Source of the DNA: Pseudomonadota bacterium
GTDB lineage: Bacteria; Pseudomonadota; Alphaproteobacteria; SP197
Direction of reading: 5' to 3'
Assembly: GCA_039028155.1 (NCBI GenBank)
Contig: JBCCIS010000006.1
Location: forward strand, 10,225 to 74,224
DNA: 64,000 bases
Below, piece after piece: positions 1 through 8,649 of this stretch (position 1 is the stretch's first letter; every line of letters starts with the position of its first letter). The notes beneath the pieces are model-generated. The model was not told where the DNA came from. It was given only the letters and a program-made list of their open reading frames with translations, and made no database searches. The translations under genes were made by a program, and so were the position numbers.

Positions 1-807
1 GCCGGTGGCCTGGGGCTCGATACCAACCAGCCGTCGCGCGACCGTGTGACCGACTGGAAACACTGCACCTACGCATCCTGCGCCTTGCGCGGGTTGTTCG
101 CCGCCAAGATGGCCCAGGCGGGCATCGAAGGCCCTTATGAGATCTACCAAGGCACGGCGGGTATCGATCGGTTCTTCCCTCATGTCGATGACATCTTTGA
201 ACCGACGCCTGATTTGGGTTCGATCGTCTTCAAACGTTGGCCGGCGCTTGTGTTCTGCCAGACGCCGATCGATGTCGCGCTTGATCTGGTGCCGAAGATT
301 GGCGATGCCACGTCGATCGATAAGATCGAGGTCGCCACTTACAAGATGTGCGTCAACATCGCCGCTGGCGAGACCGCGTGGCAGCCCGACAGCCGTGCCG
401 GGCGAACCCATTCGCTGCCCTATTGTGTCGCCGCCGTCCTGACCAAGGGTTCGATCGCCTATCAGGATTTCGATGAGCCGTTCGCAAACGATCCGACGCT
501 GAACGCGCTCATGGCGAAAGTGTCGGTCAACGAGGACGCATCAATCACCGCTGCCTTTCCGGCCAAGTCGGCGTGCACGATTACCGTGACCCACAGCGAT
601 GGCACAACGACAACAGCGTCACGCGATTGCCCGCGCGGCGACCCTGCCGATCCGCTGAGCGACGCGGAGATCGAAGACAAGCTCAAAACCTACTTCTTTT
701 TTGCCGAAGGCAACGAGGTGGCCGACATCATCGACCGTATCAAACACCTCGACCAACAGCCGAATATTGACGATCTGGTTGCGCCGCTGAAACGCCGCCG
801 CATTTAG
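1..807 (+). CDS. MmgE/PrpD family protein, C-terminal part (5' end lies outside the window)
   Basis: Frame 1 is open from nt 1, so track ORF 46..807 is only the first in-frame start. HSLPYCVAAVLTKGSIAYQDF and GDPADPLSDAEIEDKLKTYF resemble the MmgE/PrpD C-terminal domain as I remember it. Confidence 0.75.
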   Translation, partial: AGGLGLDTNQPSRDRVTDWKHCTYASCALRGLFAAKMAQAGIEGPYEIYQGTAGIDRFFPHVDDIFEPTPDLGSIVFKRWPALVFCQTPIDVALDLVPKIGDATSIDKIEVATYKMCVNIAAGETAWQPDSRAGRTHSLPYCVAAVLTKGSIAYQDFDEPFANDPTLNALMAKVSVNEDASITAAFPAKSACTITVTHSDGTTTTASRDCPRGDPADPLSDAEIEDKLKTYFFFAEGNEVADIIDRIKHLDQQPNIDDLVAPLKRRRI

Positions 808-840
808 CGGCGCTTGTCTCACGGTTGCCGAACAAGAAAA

Positions 841-870
841 CGCGGGCGCTCCCGGTGGGAAGCGCCCGCG
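841..870. terminator. GC-rich hairpin between convergent genes
   Basis: CGCGGGCGCT-N10-AGCGCCCGCG followed by CTGTTT, located between the stop at 807 and the stop at 893. Confidence 0.55.
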
Positions 871-892
871 CTGTTTAAGGACGAAAGGACGG

Positions 893-2740
893 TCAGACCG
901 CCAGGCGGCTGAGCGTCTCATTGGTCGGTACGCCATCGACCGTCCAGCCGCGTGCCGCGTAGTACTCCGGCAGCATCTTGTCGAGCTGATTGGTCAGGCC
1001 TTCAGCCGGGCCGGTCTTGGCCGCGTCCTTCAAGAGCCGTTGCGGCAGGTTGTCGTCCTTGCCGGTGAAGCCCGCCGCCAGGTTGAACTGACGCTCCATG
1101 TTCCAGATGCGCTCGCCGACCTCCAGCAGGTAATCGACTGTCCACTCGCCTTCGCAGGCCGCGTCGATCTGCGGTGCCACGTCGTCGAGTGTCCAGGCGA
1201 ACGAGGTAAAGATGCAGATGCCAGCCGAATCGAAGACCGCCGTGGCGTCCTGGAACGCCTTGACCAGGCCGGCCTTGCCGTCGGGCACCAGCGGGTCGGT
1301 CTTTTCGGGAATGCCAAGCACTTCGGACGCCACCGTATAGCCGCGCAGATGGCAGGCGCCCCGGTTCGACGTGGCATAGGCCAGACCCATGCCCTGGATG
1401 CCGCGGGAGTCGTAGGCCGGGAACTCCTGGCCTTTGACGCTCATGGAGAGTTCGGGCTTGCCGTATTTCTCACAGAACAGCTTGGAGCCCAGACCGATCT
1501 CCGCACCGAAACCCTCGCCCTTGCCGCACAGTTCGGTGACCGCGGTCAGCGCTTCGGCGCTGCCGAAGTTAAGCTCGATCCCGCCGGTCTGCGCCGTCGT
1601 TAGCACGCCGTCTTCATAAAGCTCCATGGCCGCGCCCACCGTGGCGCCGAGCGAGATCGGGTCCATGCCCTGCTCGTTGCAGATGAAGTTGGCGAAGGTC
1701 AGCGCGTCCAGGTCGTTGACGCCCGTCGCCGCGCCAAGCGCCCATGCCGCTTCGTATTCCAGACCGCCGGAGACGATCTGGTATTGCGGGCGGTCCTTGA
1801 CCGTATAGTGGGTGCGCTCAATCTGTGACACGCGTCCGCAGGCGATGGTGCAGGCGAAGCAGGCGGCGTTGGTGATCAGGTTCGCCTTGCCGTCGCTGTC
1901 GCGCTTGGCGACCATGGCCTCGGCGGAGATATCGCCGGCGCCTTCGAACTGCACGTCGCGGTGGTTGCGGGTCGGCAGCGCGCCGGTCTCGTTGATGACG
2001 TTCATCAAGACCTGGGTGCCATAGGCCGGCAGGCCCTCACCGGTCACCGCGTTGCCGGCCAGGACTTCCTTACCGGCGGCGGTCGCTGCCATGAACGCCT
2101 TGGTGTCCTTGACCGGAACGCCCTTGGTGCCGCGGATGGCGACGGCCTTCAGGTTCTTCGAACCCATCACCGCGCCGACGCCGGAACGCCCGGCGGCCCG
2201 GTCCATGTCGTTGACGACGCAGGCAATCTTGACGCCCTTTTCGCCGGAGACGCCGATCGAGGCGACGCGGATCAAGGGATCGCCGTGCTTTTCCTTGATG
2301 CCTTCTTCGACATCCCAGCACGATGCGCCCCAGTAGTCGCCGGCGTCGATCAGCTCGGCGTTGTCATCTTGAAGCAGCAGGTAGACCGGCTTGGGCGACT
2401 TGCCCTCGAAGATGATCATATCCCAGCCGGCGTTCTTCATTTCGTTGCCGAAGAAACCGCCGGAGTTCGAACACGCGATCGCGCCGGTCAGCGCGCCCTT
2501 GGTGACGACCGAATAACGGCCCGCGGTCGAAGCGCAGGTGCCGGTCAAGGGGCCGGTCGTCATGATCAGCTTGTTGTCCGGCGACATCGGATCGACCTTG
2601 GGGTCGATTTCCTCCGAGAGGTACTTGGTCGCCAGGCCGCGCTGACCCAGATACTTGCGCGCCCATTCCATGTTGAGAGGTTCGGCCTTGCAGGTGCCGT
2701 TTGTCAGGTCGACTCTCAGGATCTGTTCTGCCCATGCCAT
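893..2740 (-). CDS. aldehyde:ferredoxin oxidoreductase (tungsten/molybdopterin AOR family)
   Basis: 615 aa. The N-terminus MAWAEQILRVDLTNG...EWARKYLGQRGLATKYL is typical of the AOR N-domain. Length fits, and a 4Fe-4S partner gene lies upstream. Confidence 0.88.
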   Translation of the reverse strand: MAWAEQILRVDLTNGTCKAEPLNMEWARKYLGQRGLATKYLSEEIDPKVDPMSPDNKLIMTTGPLTGTCASTAGRYSVVTKGALTGAIACSNSGGFFGNEMKNAGWDMIIFEGKSPKPVYLLLQDDNAELIDAGDYWGASCWDVEEGIKEKHGDPLIRVASIGVSGEKGVKIACVVNDMDRAAGRSGVGAVMGSKNLKAVAIRGTKGVPVKDTKAFMAATAAGKEVLAGNAVTGEGLPAYGTQVLMNVINETGALPTRNHRDVQFEGAGDISAEAMVAKRDSDGKANLITNAACFACTIACGRVSQIERTHYTVKDRPQYQIVSGGLEYEAAWALGAATGVNDLDALTFANFICNEQGMDPISLGATVGAAMELYEDGVLTTAQTGGIELNFGSAEALTAVTELCGKGEGFGAEIGLGSKLFCEKYGKPELSMSVKGQEFPAYDSRGIQGMGLAYATSNRGACHLRGYTVASEVLGIPEKTDPLVPDGKAGLVKAFQDATAVFDSAGICIFTSFAWTLDDVAPQIDAACEGEWTVDYLLEVGERIWNMERQFNLAAGFTGKDDNLPQRLLKDAAKTGPAEGLTNQLDKMLPEYYAARGWTVDGVPTNETLSRLAV

Positions 2741-2761
2741 GATCTGTCTCCCTCTATCTCG

Positions 2762-3241
2762 CTACGCCGATGCCTGAGCCGAATTGTCGGTCTTGTCGGC
2801 CCACTGGCGCATCTTGTCCAAACCGGTCCAGTTGGCGTCCACATAGGTGATCGCCTCGGTCGGACAGGCCTTGGCGCATTCGGGATCGCCCTCGCACAGG
2901 TCGCATTTCACGACCTTGCCGGTGGCCTGGTTGTAGTTGATGGTGCCGAACGGACACGCGATGGTGCAGACCTTGCAGCCAACGCAGACGTCGTCCAGCA
3001 CCTCGACTGCGCCGGTCTCCTTGCTGCGCACCAGCGCATCGACCGGGCAGGCTTCCGCGCACCAAGCCTCGGCACATTGGGTGCAGGTATAGGGAACCGC
3101 GCGACCCTGGGCGTGGAACCGGAAGACCTTGATGCGCGATTTCGTGGGGTTGAAGACCCCTTCGTTGTCCAGAGAACAGGCCATTTCGCACTGCAAACAG
3201 CCGGTACACTTCTCAGGATCAATGAGTAGTGACTTATGCAT
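2762..3241 (-). CDS. 4Fe-4S dicluster ferredoxin-type protein (AOR electron-transfer subunit-like)
   Basis: 159 aa with several CxxCxxCxxxC-type motifs (CTGCLQCEMAC, CTQCAEAWCAEAC, CVGCKVCTIAC, CDLCEGDPECAKAC). Confidence 0.85.
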   Translation of the reverse strand: MHKSLLIDPEKCTGCLQCEMACSLDNEGVFNPTKSRIKVFRFHAQGRAVPYTCTQCAEAWCAEACPVDALVRSKETGAVEVLDDVCVGCKVCTIACPFGTINYNQATGKVVKCDLCEGDPECAKACPTEAITYVDANWTGLDKMRQWADKTDNSAQASA

Positions 3242-3351
3242 AGTTGCCCCTTTGCATTGTCAATTGCTCTTAGTGGGGCATCTTAGGAAACCCGCGCGCA
3301 GATGGAAACGCCAATCGTGGCGGGCCGCCGGGGCCCGGTCGGCGTGGCGCG

Positions 3352-3663
3352 TCAGCCGCCGCCGCGCTGGAACGTGCGGTCGAAGCGCTCCAGGAAACTT
3401 TTTTGCTCGCCGGGGTCGAGACCGCGAAAGGTTATCTCCACCTTGCTAAGTTCGATGCTCAACAGGCTGGTGATCACGCGCCGCGGCATCTCGGTCAGCG
3501 TGATCGTGATGCCGCGCTCGGCCGTTCCGATGGTCGCCCCGGCCGGCCCGACCTCATAGGTCCATCCGTCGAGGGCTCTGGGCAAAAGGCGCGCGAAATC
3601 GGCCGGCGTCAGGGCCATGTCCTTGACGATGCGGTCGGTTGTCTGGCTCGACGAACCGGTCAA
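3352..3663 (-). CDS. hypothetical protein (start uncertain: TTG at 3663 or ATG at 3618)
   Basis: The ORF has ordinary amino-acid composition and abuts the MoaD-like stop. I recognise no motif. Confidence 0.45.
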   Translation of the reverse strand: MTGSSSQTTDRIVKDMALTPADFARLLPRALDGWTYEVGPAGATIGTAERGITITLTEMPRRVITSLLSIELSKVEITFRGLDPGEQKSFLERFDRTFQRGGG

Positions 3664-3914
3664 CCGCCGGCGACCGGGGGCCAGATCGCGACCGTGTCGC
3701 CGTCTGCCAGCGCTGCCGAGGCCCGCTGGGCCGGCGGTACGAAGACGCCGTTCAGCAGCACCAGATGGCAGCGCTCGGTCGGCACCTTCAATTCGTTGAT
3801 CGCCGCGCCGACCGTGCCGTCTTCGGGCAGCGCAAGTCGAATCGCGTTGTCCTTGGCCTCAGGGGGCAGGAATTCGCCCAACGAGGCAAAGAGTTTGACC
3901 GTGATGTTCGCCAT
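3660..3914 (-). CDS. MoaD/ThiS-family sulfur-carrier-like protein
   Basis: 84 aa from MANITVKLFASLGEF... to a C-terminal ...WPPVAGG (Gly-Gly end). The start was trimmed to the ATG at 3914, which has GGAAAG upstream. Confidence 0.8.
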   Translation of the reverse strand: MANITVKLFASLGEFLPPEAKDNAIRLALPEDGTVGAAINELKVPTERCHLVLLNGVFVPPAQRASAALADGDTVAIWPPVAGG

Positions 3915-4010
3915 CTTGGGGTCTTTCCCGGTTGACCTGTTTGCCGACGATAACACGCGCCGCGTCGCGCGAAATCCTCGCGCGCACCAACCTGACCCCT
4001 TCGTGATCGA

Positions 4011-4065
4011 TGGCGCGCCCGGCAGGACTCGAACCTGCGACCCCAGGATTAGGAATCCTGTGCTC
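4011..4065 (-). pseudogene. 3' portion of a split tRNA-Arg(CCT), forming the island junction (att site)
   Basis: The reverse complement reads GAGCACAGGATTCCTAATCCTGGGGTCGCAGGTTCGAGTCCTGCCGGGCGCGCCA. That covers the anticodon loop, T arm, acceptor 3' strand and CCA. No acceptor 5' strand or D arm lies upstream. Confidence 0.85.
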
Positions 4066-4194
4066 GCTGGGCGAGAAGTGCATCCTGCTCAAGGTGTTGT
4101 GTCGACGCGAGACGGACCGAACACCGAATAAGCTCCGAACGGTCGAAACAGATCGGAATGATGGAAGGGGCGGGCGCGAACGACCCGCCGTCCT

Positions 4195-4347
4195 TCACTT
4201 CTTGCCCTTGCGCCTTGCCTTTCTGTCCGGCGCCTGAGTGAGTGCCGACGCTGCGACGCTCCGCACGCGTTTCGGCGTCTTGGGGTTGGACAGCAGCTTC
4301 GACGCTTTCGAGGCCACCGATTTGGAAGTCCGCTCGTTCTTCGGCAT
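4195..4347 (-). CDS. small basic protein (50 aa, below the track cutoff)
   Basis: My own translation: MPKNERTSKSVASKASKLLSNPKTPKRVRSVAASALTQAPDRKARRKGKK. AGGAGGA sits 6 nt upstream of the ATG. A GGCGGG/CCCGCC hairpin follows the stop. Confidence 0.45.
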   Translation of the reverse strand: MPKNERTSKSVASKASKLLSNPKTPKRVRSVAASALTQAPDRKARRKGKK

Positions 4348-4362
4348 AGGTCTTCCTCCTAG

Positions 4363-4548
4363 CTAGGCGTGTTGAATGAGCTTCCAGGTTACCGCCCTGC
4401 CGTCGTAGGGGGGCATGCGGTTTCCCTTCGCAATGGGGGCGGTGGTGGAGGGGTTCCCGACGACTTTCCAGACCCCGCTCTCGGGGCAGATCTCGCCGGT
4501 CTTTGCGGTCGTGCCAATCGGTGCACGACGGGTCGCGGTCTTAACCAT
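4363..4548 (-). CDS. small conserved protein, YjzC-like (tentative)
   Basis: 61 aa. TGEICPESGVWKVV...GNRMPPYDGRAVTWKL resembles the YjzC-type small-protein pattern from memory. Confidence 0.45.
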   Translation of the reverse strand: MVKTATRRAPIGTTAKTGEICPESGVWKVVGNPSTTAPIAKGNRMPPYDGRAVTWKLIQHA

Positions 4549-4644
4549 GTCTTCAGTTCCTTCTTCTCTGGCCGTCCGGTATGGGCAGCCGAATGCGTAT
4601 CAGTGTATCTGACGGATGGCGCTTGTCAAGCACGGTGCTATGAT

Positions 4645-4665
4645 TCCGTCCGATTGACCTGACGG
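4645..4665. promoter_or_regulatory. candidate operator overlapping a -35-like TTGACC
   Basis: CCGTCCGATTGACCTGACGG is an inverted repeat (CCGTC-N10-GACGG). Further CCGTCCG (4573) and CTGACGG (4609) copies lie in the divergent intergenic region upstream of the XRE gene. Confidence 0.3.
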
Positions 4666-4707
4666 CAGACGTTCGTCGTATGCTTTGTTGAATCGTGGAG
4701 GTGCTCG

Positions 4708-5046
4708 GTGTCGCTTGCGACTAGGATCAGAGAACTCCGGCTCCAGAAAGGCGAATCCCTTCAGGAGCTGGCGGACGCCATCGGTGTGTCCAAGACGCAT
4801 GTTTGGGAGATGGAAAAAGGCCGGAGTCAGAATCCTTCGATTGAGATTCTCTCGAGCCTCGCTGACCACTTCAAAGTCACAGTAGCGGACCTTGCTGGCG
4901 AAAACCCGAGCGCTGCTGGCGGCGATGCCGAGGTGATGCGAATGTTCCGGCAGGTAGGCAAACTGTCGGATAACGATCGAGCAATGCTCGATGACATGAT
5001 CCAGGTAATGCTGAAGCGTCAGCGAGAACGTGATGCTTCAGATTGA
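4708..5046 (+). CDS. XRE-family HTH repressor (ImmR-like)
   Basis: 112 aa. RIRELRLQKGESLQELADAIGVSKTHVWEMEKGRSQNPSIEILSSLADHF is a classic Cro/C1 HTH. The gene overlaps the downstream metallopeptidase gene. Confidence 0.85.
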   Translation: MSLATRIRELRLQKGESLQELADAIGVSKTHVWEMEKGRSQNPSIEILSSLADHFKVTVADLAGENPSAAGGDAEVMRMFRQVGKLSDNDRAMLDDMIQVMLKRQRERDASD

Positions 5047-5911
5047 CCGGATGGAGGTCGACGATGTCGGCGGCAACCCGAGAAAACTCGCGCTCGCCGT
5101 GCTCAAGCAACTGCGAGACTTGGCGCCGCCGGTGCCTGTCAGGGAAATCGCCGAGGCCCTCGACATTTATGAGATACGGGAGGAACAGCTGACGGGGCTT
5201 GAGGGCTGTCTCATCACTACGGACGACAAGTCTGACGGCGCAATCCTCGTCAACAGCGACGGATCAGAGCAGCGGAAGAGGTACACAATCGGGCACGAAC
5301 TGGGCCACTACGTTAACCCATTTCACAAGCCGGTATCGGCGGAGGGTTTTCGCTGCAGCTCATCGGACATGAGCGTTGAGCAGTTCAGCGCCGGAAACCG
5401 AGCCCTCCGAATGGAAGTCGAGGCGAACACTTTCGCCGCTGAACTGCTGATGCCCGCGCAACTGTTTCGAAGCCGGCTCGACCGCATTGGCGGGCTCGAC
5501 CTTGGGCACATCTTATCGTTGGCGGATGAGTTTTGTGTGAGCCGCGAGGCGACCGCCAGAAGGTGCGTTGCGATGGCGGATGAACCGATAGCCGTCGTTT
5601 TTTCCAATCGCGGAGTCATACGATACGTTAAGAGACATCCGAGTTTCCCAAGGCTGAACGTGTGGAGTGGCGACAGGTTGCCGGTGGTTTCGCTGTCGGC
5701 GCTGAGCTCCTTGCAAATCGGAGAGCTATCGGAATGGGATGTTGTGGCGAGTGACGTGTGGTTGGATGATCGAGAACATCAGCTCATCTGCGAACAGACG
5801 CTAGCTCAGCGAAATGGGTTTCGGATGACCCTCTTGTCGCTTGAGAATCCGTCAGTCGATGACGACGAACAAGAATATGACCAGTGGGCGTCCCCCACAT
5901 TTCGACGCTAG
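5030..5911 (+). CDS. ImmA/IrrE-family zinc metallopeptidase (anti-repressor-type)
   Basis: 293 aa with an HExxH motif (IGHELGHYV) followed by EANTFAAELLMP. It overlaps the XRE gene by about 14-17 nt. Confidence 0.8.
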   Translation: MMLQIDRMEVDDVGGNPRKLALAVLKQLRDLAPPVPVREIAEALDIYEIREEQLTGLEGCLITTDDKSDGAILVNSDGSEQRKRYTIGHELGHYVNPFHKPVSAEGFRCSSSDMSVEQFSAGNRALRMEVEANTFAAELLMPAQLFRSRLDRIGGLDLGHILSLADEFCVSREATARRCVAMADEPIAVVFSNRGVIRYVKRHPSFPRLNVWSGDRLPVVSLSALSSLQIGELSEWDVVASDVWLDDREHQLICEQTLAQRNGFRMTLLSLENPSVDDDEQEYDQWASPTFRR

Positions 5912-5965
5912 CCTCGTCAAGCGGCGTTGTGCTTGTTCGCGTGGTCGATGTATCAATGTCAGTGT

Positions 5966-6042
5966 GCGCCCGTAGCTCAGCTGGATAGAGCACGAGATTC
6001 CTAATCTCGGGGTCGCAGGTTCGAGTCCTGCCGGGCGCGCCA
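5966..6042 (+). tRNA. tRNA-Arg (anticodon CCT), intact, carried inside the island
   Basis: 77 nt: GCGCCCG TA GCTC AGCTGGATA GAGC A CGAGA TTCCTAA TCTCG GGGTC GCAGG TTCGAGT CCTGC CGGGCGC G CCA. I folded it into a full cloverleaf by hand. Confidence 0.9.
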
Positions 6043-6047
6043 CCGAT

Positions 6048-6293
6048 TCATCGCTTTAGCGCCCAGATTCCCTTCGGCGTAGCGTCGGCTGCGGCCATCC
6101 TGCCCTCGTCGCGAAGTCGTTTCGCCGCCCATCGCATGTCGTACTGCCAAGTGTAAAAGAGGTCGCGAGAAGCGCGCAGGTCGGTCTCGTGATGGGCCCA
6201 GATGTGCTTCGCCACGTCAACGATACTTGCCTCGCCGCCGTACTCGGCCAAAGCATCGTGAACCCAGCTCGTAAAGTCTTGTCGCGTGGCCAC
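6048..6293 (-). CDS. small winged-helix protein (Mrr N-terminal-domain-like), divergent from the restriction gene
   Basis: 81 aa. IVDVAKHIW...WQYDMRWAAKRLRDEGRM...KGIWALK resembles the wHTH found at the N-terminus of Mrr-type restriction proteins. Confidence 0.5.
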   Translation of the reverse strand: MATRQDFTSWVHDALAEYGGEASIVDVAKHIWAHHETDLRASRDLFYTWQYDMRWAAKRLRDEGRMAAADATPKGIWALKR

Positions 6294-6426
6294 TCAACCC
6301 TCCTCTTGCAAATTTCTCTCCGTGAACGATCCTAGCACTCCCGAAAGACGAACTCAGTAGTGGTTCTGAAGTCGAAGAGCCGGCTGTTTTGGACTCAAGG
6401 CATAATCAAGTTTAAAAACTAGGTCC

Positions 6427-7089
6427 ATGACGACTGATGACCATCAGTACGAGCCGTTCGACCCACTAGCCGTGGACAATGTAGGGGTGACGCTTGCTGT
6501 CGAGCTACTAGAACAACCGCTGCACCCCATGCCACCTCGGGAGAGCTTTGCTGGCGCCGGCGTCTACGCTCTCTACTACTGTGGAGACAATCCTGCTTAT
6601 GCTTCCCTCGTAGATCTCGACAGTAGTCGCTTCAAGTATCCGGTCTACATTGGTAAGGCGGCGGGCGAGAGCGCGAAGCAGGGGTTCAATCCCCAGACCA
6701 GCGGTGCAAAAAAGCTCTACAACCGCATTCGCAATCACGCCTCATCGATAGAGGAAGTTGAGAACCTCAGCTTGTCCGACTTTCGGTGCCGGTTCCTCGT
6801 ACTCAACGATGCCTACATCGCGCTTGCGGAGTCGGTGATGATCAGGGTCTTCCGTCCACCGTGGAACGGCATGAGCTTCGGAAGCAAGGTTGTTGGCAAG
6901 AACCGAATGAGCGGCAAGCCTGCGCTATGGGACTCGCTTCATCCGGGAAGAGGCGGTCGTCCAGTAGGATCGGAGGAACGAGGAGAGGAGGCCGCGCAAC
7001 TCATCGCTCGTCGGGTATCAGAGCTCGACTCAGAGCCAGACGATCCTGTTGTCCGTCGGATGTACGAACGTATCATGAGTTTTGTGTGA
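6427..7089 (+). CDS. GIY-YIG type II restriction endonuclease, Eco29kI family-like
   Basis: 220 aa. GAGVYALYYCG...YPVYIGKA...RIRNH...FRCRFLVL...WNG matches my memory of the Eco29kI GIY-YIG core. It converges on and overlaps a C5-methyltransferase gene. Confidence 0.75.
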   Translation: MTTDDHQYEPFDPLAVDNVGVTLAVELLEQPLHPMPPRESFAGAGVYALYYCGDNPAYASLVDLDSSRFKYPVYIGKAAGESAKQGFNPQTSGAKKLYNRIRNHASSIEEVENLSLSDFRCRFLVLNDAYIALAESVMIRVFRPPWNGMSFGSKVVGKNRMSGKPALWDSLHPGRGGRPVGSEERGEEAAQLIARRVSELDSEPDDPVVRRMYERIMSFV

Positions 7090-8236
7090 GTCGCCTCCGG
7101 ACGCTCTCGGCGATGACGCGAGCCAGCTCGACCGGTACGGCGTTGCCTAGTTGACGCATCGTCTCCGTCCAGGACCCGTGGAACACCATCTTGTCGGGGA
7201 ACGTTTGTAAGCGCGCGGACTCGCGAACGGTGAAGTAACGTATCGAGCCGTCCGGTCGTCGCAGCATGTTCTCGCCGCCCGGAACGCCGTGAACGCCCGC
7301 CTTGAGGGTCTTGGCCGGCTCGTCAAGAGGACTGCCCGTGTGGCCGGGATAGGACCTCGCGCCGGATTGAAATGCATGATCGTGAAACCCATGCGACTTC
7401 TGAGGAGACAACTCAGGGTCCGGCAGGTCGTGGATCGCGTCGCGCACTGTCTGCCAAGGCTCGGCTCGGGGAGGCTCCTTCAGCCTAAGGGCTCGTGCCT
7501 TGCCGCGACCTCCTTCCGGCTGCTCCTTCTTGGCTACCTCATGGAGGTCCCAGTACTCACCCGATCTCCACTGGCTCCAGAGCAACGCGTCCTGACTGTG
7601 CGTCGAGTGAGGGAAGTGCCACTCGATGTTTGTGTCCGCCCTGAAGCCAACGATGAAAACCCGCTCACGACGTTGGGGCACTCCGTAGTTGGCGGCGTTC
7701 AGGACCCGCAACGTGACCCTGTACTCCAGGCCCGAGTACCTCCCATGCGTCTCGTAATCTTCCAGCCGAGACAGGTGCTTCGACCATGCCTCTCCCTTCT
7801 TGGCCACTAGGTCCGGGTGACGTAGTTGAAGGCGTATGTATTCGAGGTAATTGGCGAACGTTGTTCGGGTCAGGCCCTTGACGTTCTCGAAAACGAAGGC
7901 GCGAGGTCTCAGCGTCCGGACGGCCCTTATCGCCTGCGGGAACATGTCCCGCTCGTCTAGGTACGCTCTATGGAGGCCGCCCAAGGAGAACGGCTGGCAT
8001 GGCGGTCCGCCGGTGACGAGGTCGACCGGTCCGGTGATCTGCTCGAACGCGAACTCTCGAACATCCACTTCGTGGAGCGGCCAGTCCCTGACGTGATCGA
8101 GGTCGCGTTCCTTGTTTTGGCGTATCGTATCGCAGGCCCATTTGTCCCAGTCGAGCACCGCCGCTGGCTCAAACCCAGCCTGGCTAACCCCGATACCGAG
8201 GCCACCGGCTCCGACAAAAAGCTCTACCGAACGCAT
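7073..8236 (-). CDS. DNA (cytosine-5)-methyltransferase
   Basis: 387 aa. Motif I ELFVGAGGLGIG, motif IV GGPPCQPFS, ENV (FVFENVKGL), QRRERVFIVG, and the C-terminal RESARLQTFPD...GNAVPV. Confidence 0.92.
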   Translation of the reverse strand: MRSVELFVGAGGLGIGVSQAGFEPAAVLDWDKWACDTIRQNKERDLDHVRDWPLHEVDVREFAFEQITGPVDLVTGGPPCQPFSLGGLHRAYLDERDMFPQAIRAVRTLRPRAFVFENVKGLTRTTFANYLEYIRLQLRHPDLVAKKGEAWSKHLSRLEDYETHGRYSGLEYRVTLRVLNAANYGVPQRRERVFIVGFRADTNIEWHFPHSTHSQDALLWSQWRSGEYWDLHEVAKKEQPEGGRGKARALRLKEPPRAEPWQTVRDAIHDLPDPELSPQKSHGFHDHAFQSGARSYPGHTGSPLDEPAKTLKAGVHGVPGGENMLRRPDGSIRYFTVRESARLQTFPDKMVFHGSWTETMRQLGNAVPVELARVIAESVRRRLTQNS

Positions 8237-8649
8237 TACCCAAGAAACTCCCTAATACTCTTGCGCAGCCGATCCACGTCGCGAAGCTGACACTCCCAGA
8301 CCTCCAGCACATCCCATCCGAGTTCCGCCAGCCGTTTCTGGTTCTTCACGTCTCGTTCCCGATTTCCGTCCAGTTTCGGTATCCAGAATTCCAAGCGCGA
8401 TTTGGGTAATCGGGCGAGAGGGCAGGCGGGGTCCGGATGCCGGTGCCAAAAACATCCATGAACGAAAATGACCTTCCGCCGCGGAGCAAACACCAAGTCG
8501 GGCGTTCCTGGGAGATCGCGCCTGTGAAGGCGGTAGCGATAGCCCATGCCGTGCACGATCCGACGCACACGCATCTCGGGCTTCGTGTCGGCGCCGCGAA
8601 CGCGAGCCATACGCTCGCTGCGCTCTTTTGGCGTCAGTGAATCGACCAT
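8236..8649 (-). CDS. vsr: very-short-patch repair endonuclease
   Basis: 137 aa. RSERMARVRGADTKPEMRVRRIVHGMGYRYRLHRRDLPGTPDLVF...IFVHGCFWHRH is the Vsr signature. Its TAA overlaps the methyltransferase ATG (TAATG). Confidence 0.9.
   Translation of the reverse strand: MVDSLTPKERSERMARVRGADTKPEMRVRRIVHGMGYRYRLHRRDLPGTPDLVFAPRRKVIFVHGCFWHRHPDPACPLARLPKSRLEFWIPKLDGNRERDVKNQKRLAELGWDVLEVWECQLRDVDRLRKSIREFLG

Noticed and set aside
1961-3229. 422-aa ORF on the plus strand
   Set aside because: It is antisense to the AOR and ferredoxin genes and has Arg/Gly/Ala/Asp-rich, low-complexity composition. This is a typical shadow ORF in high-GC DNA.
3403-4237. Plus-strand ORFs 3403..4131 and 4010..4237
   Set aside because: They run antisense through the MoaD-like gene and across the tRNA fragment. 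The peptide ARPAGLEPATPG is simply the translated T-arm/acceptor sequence.
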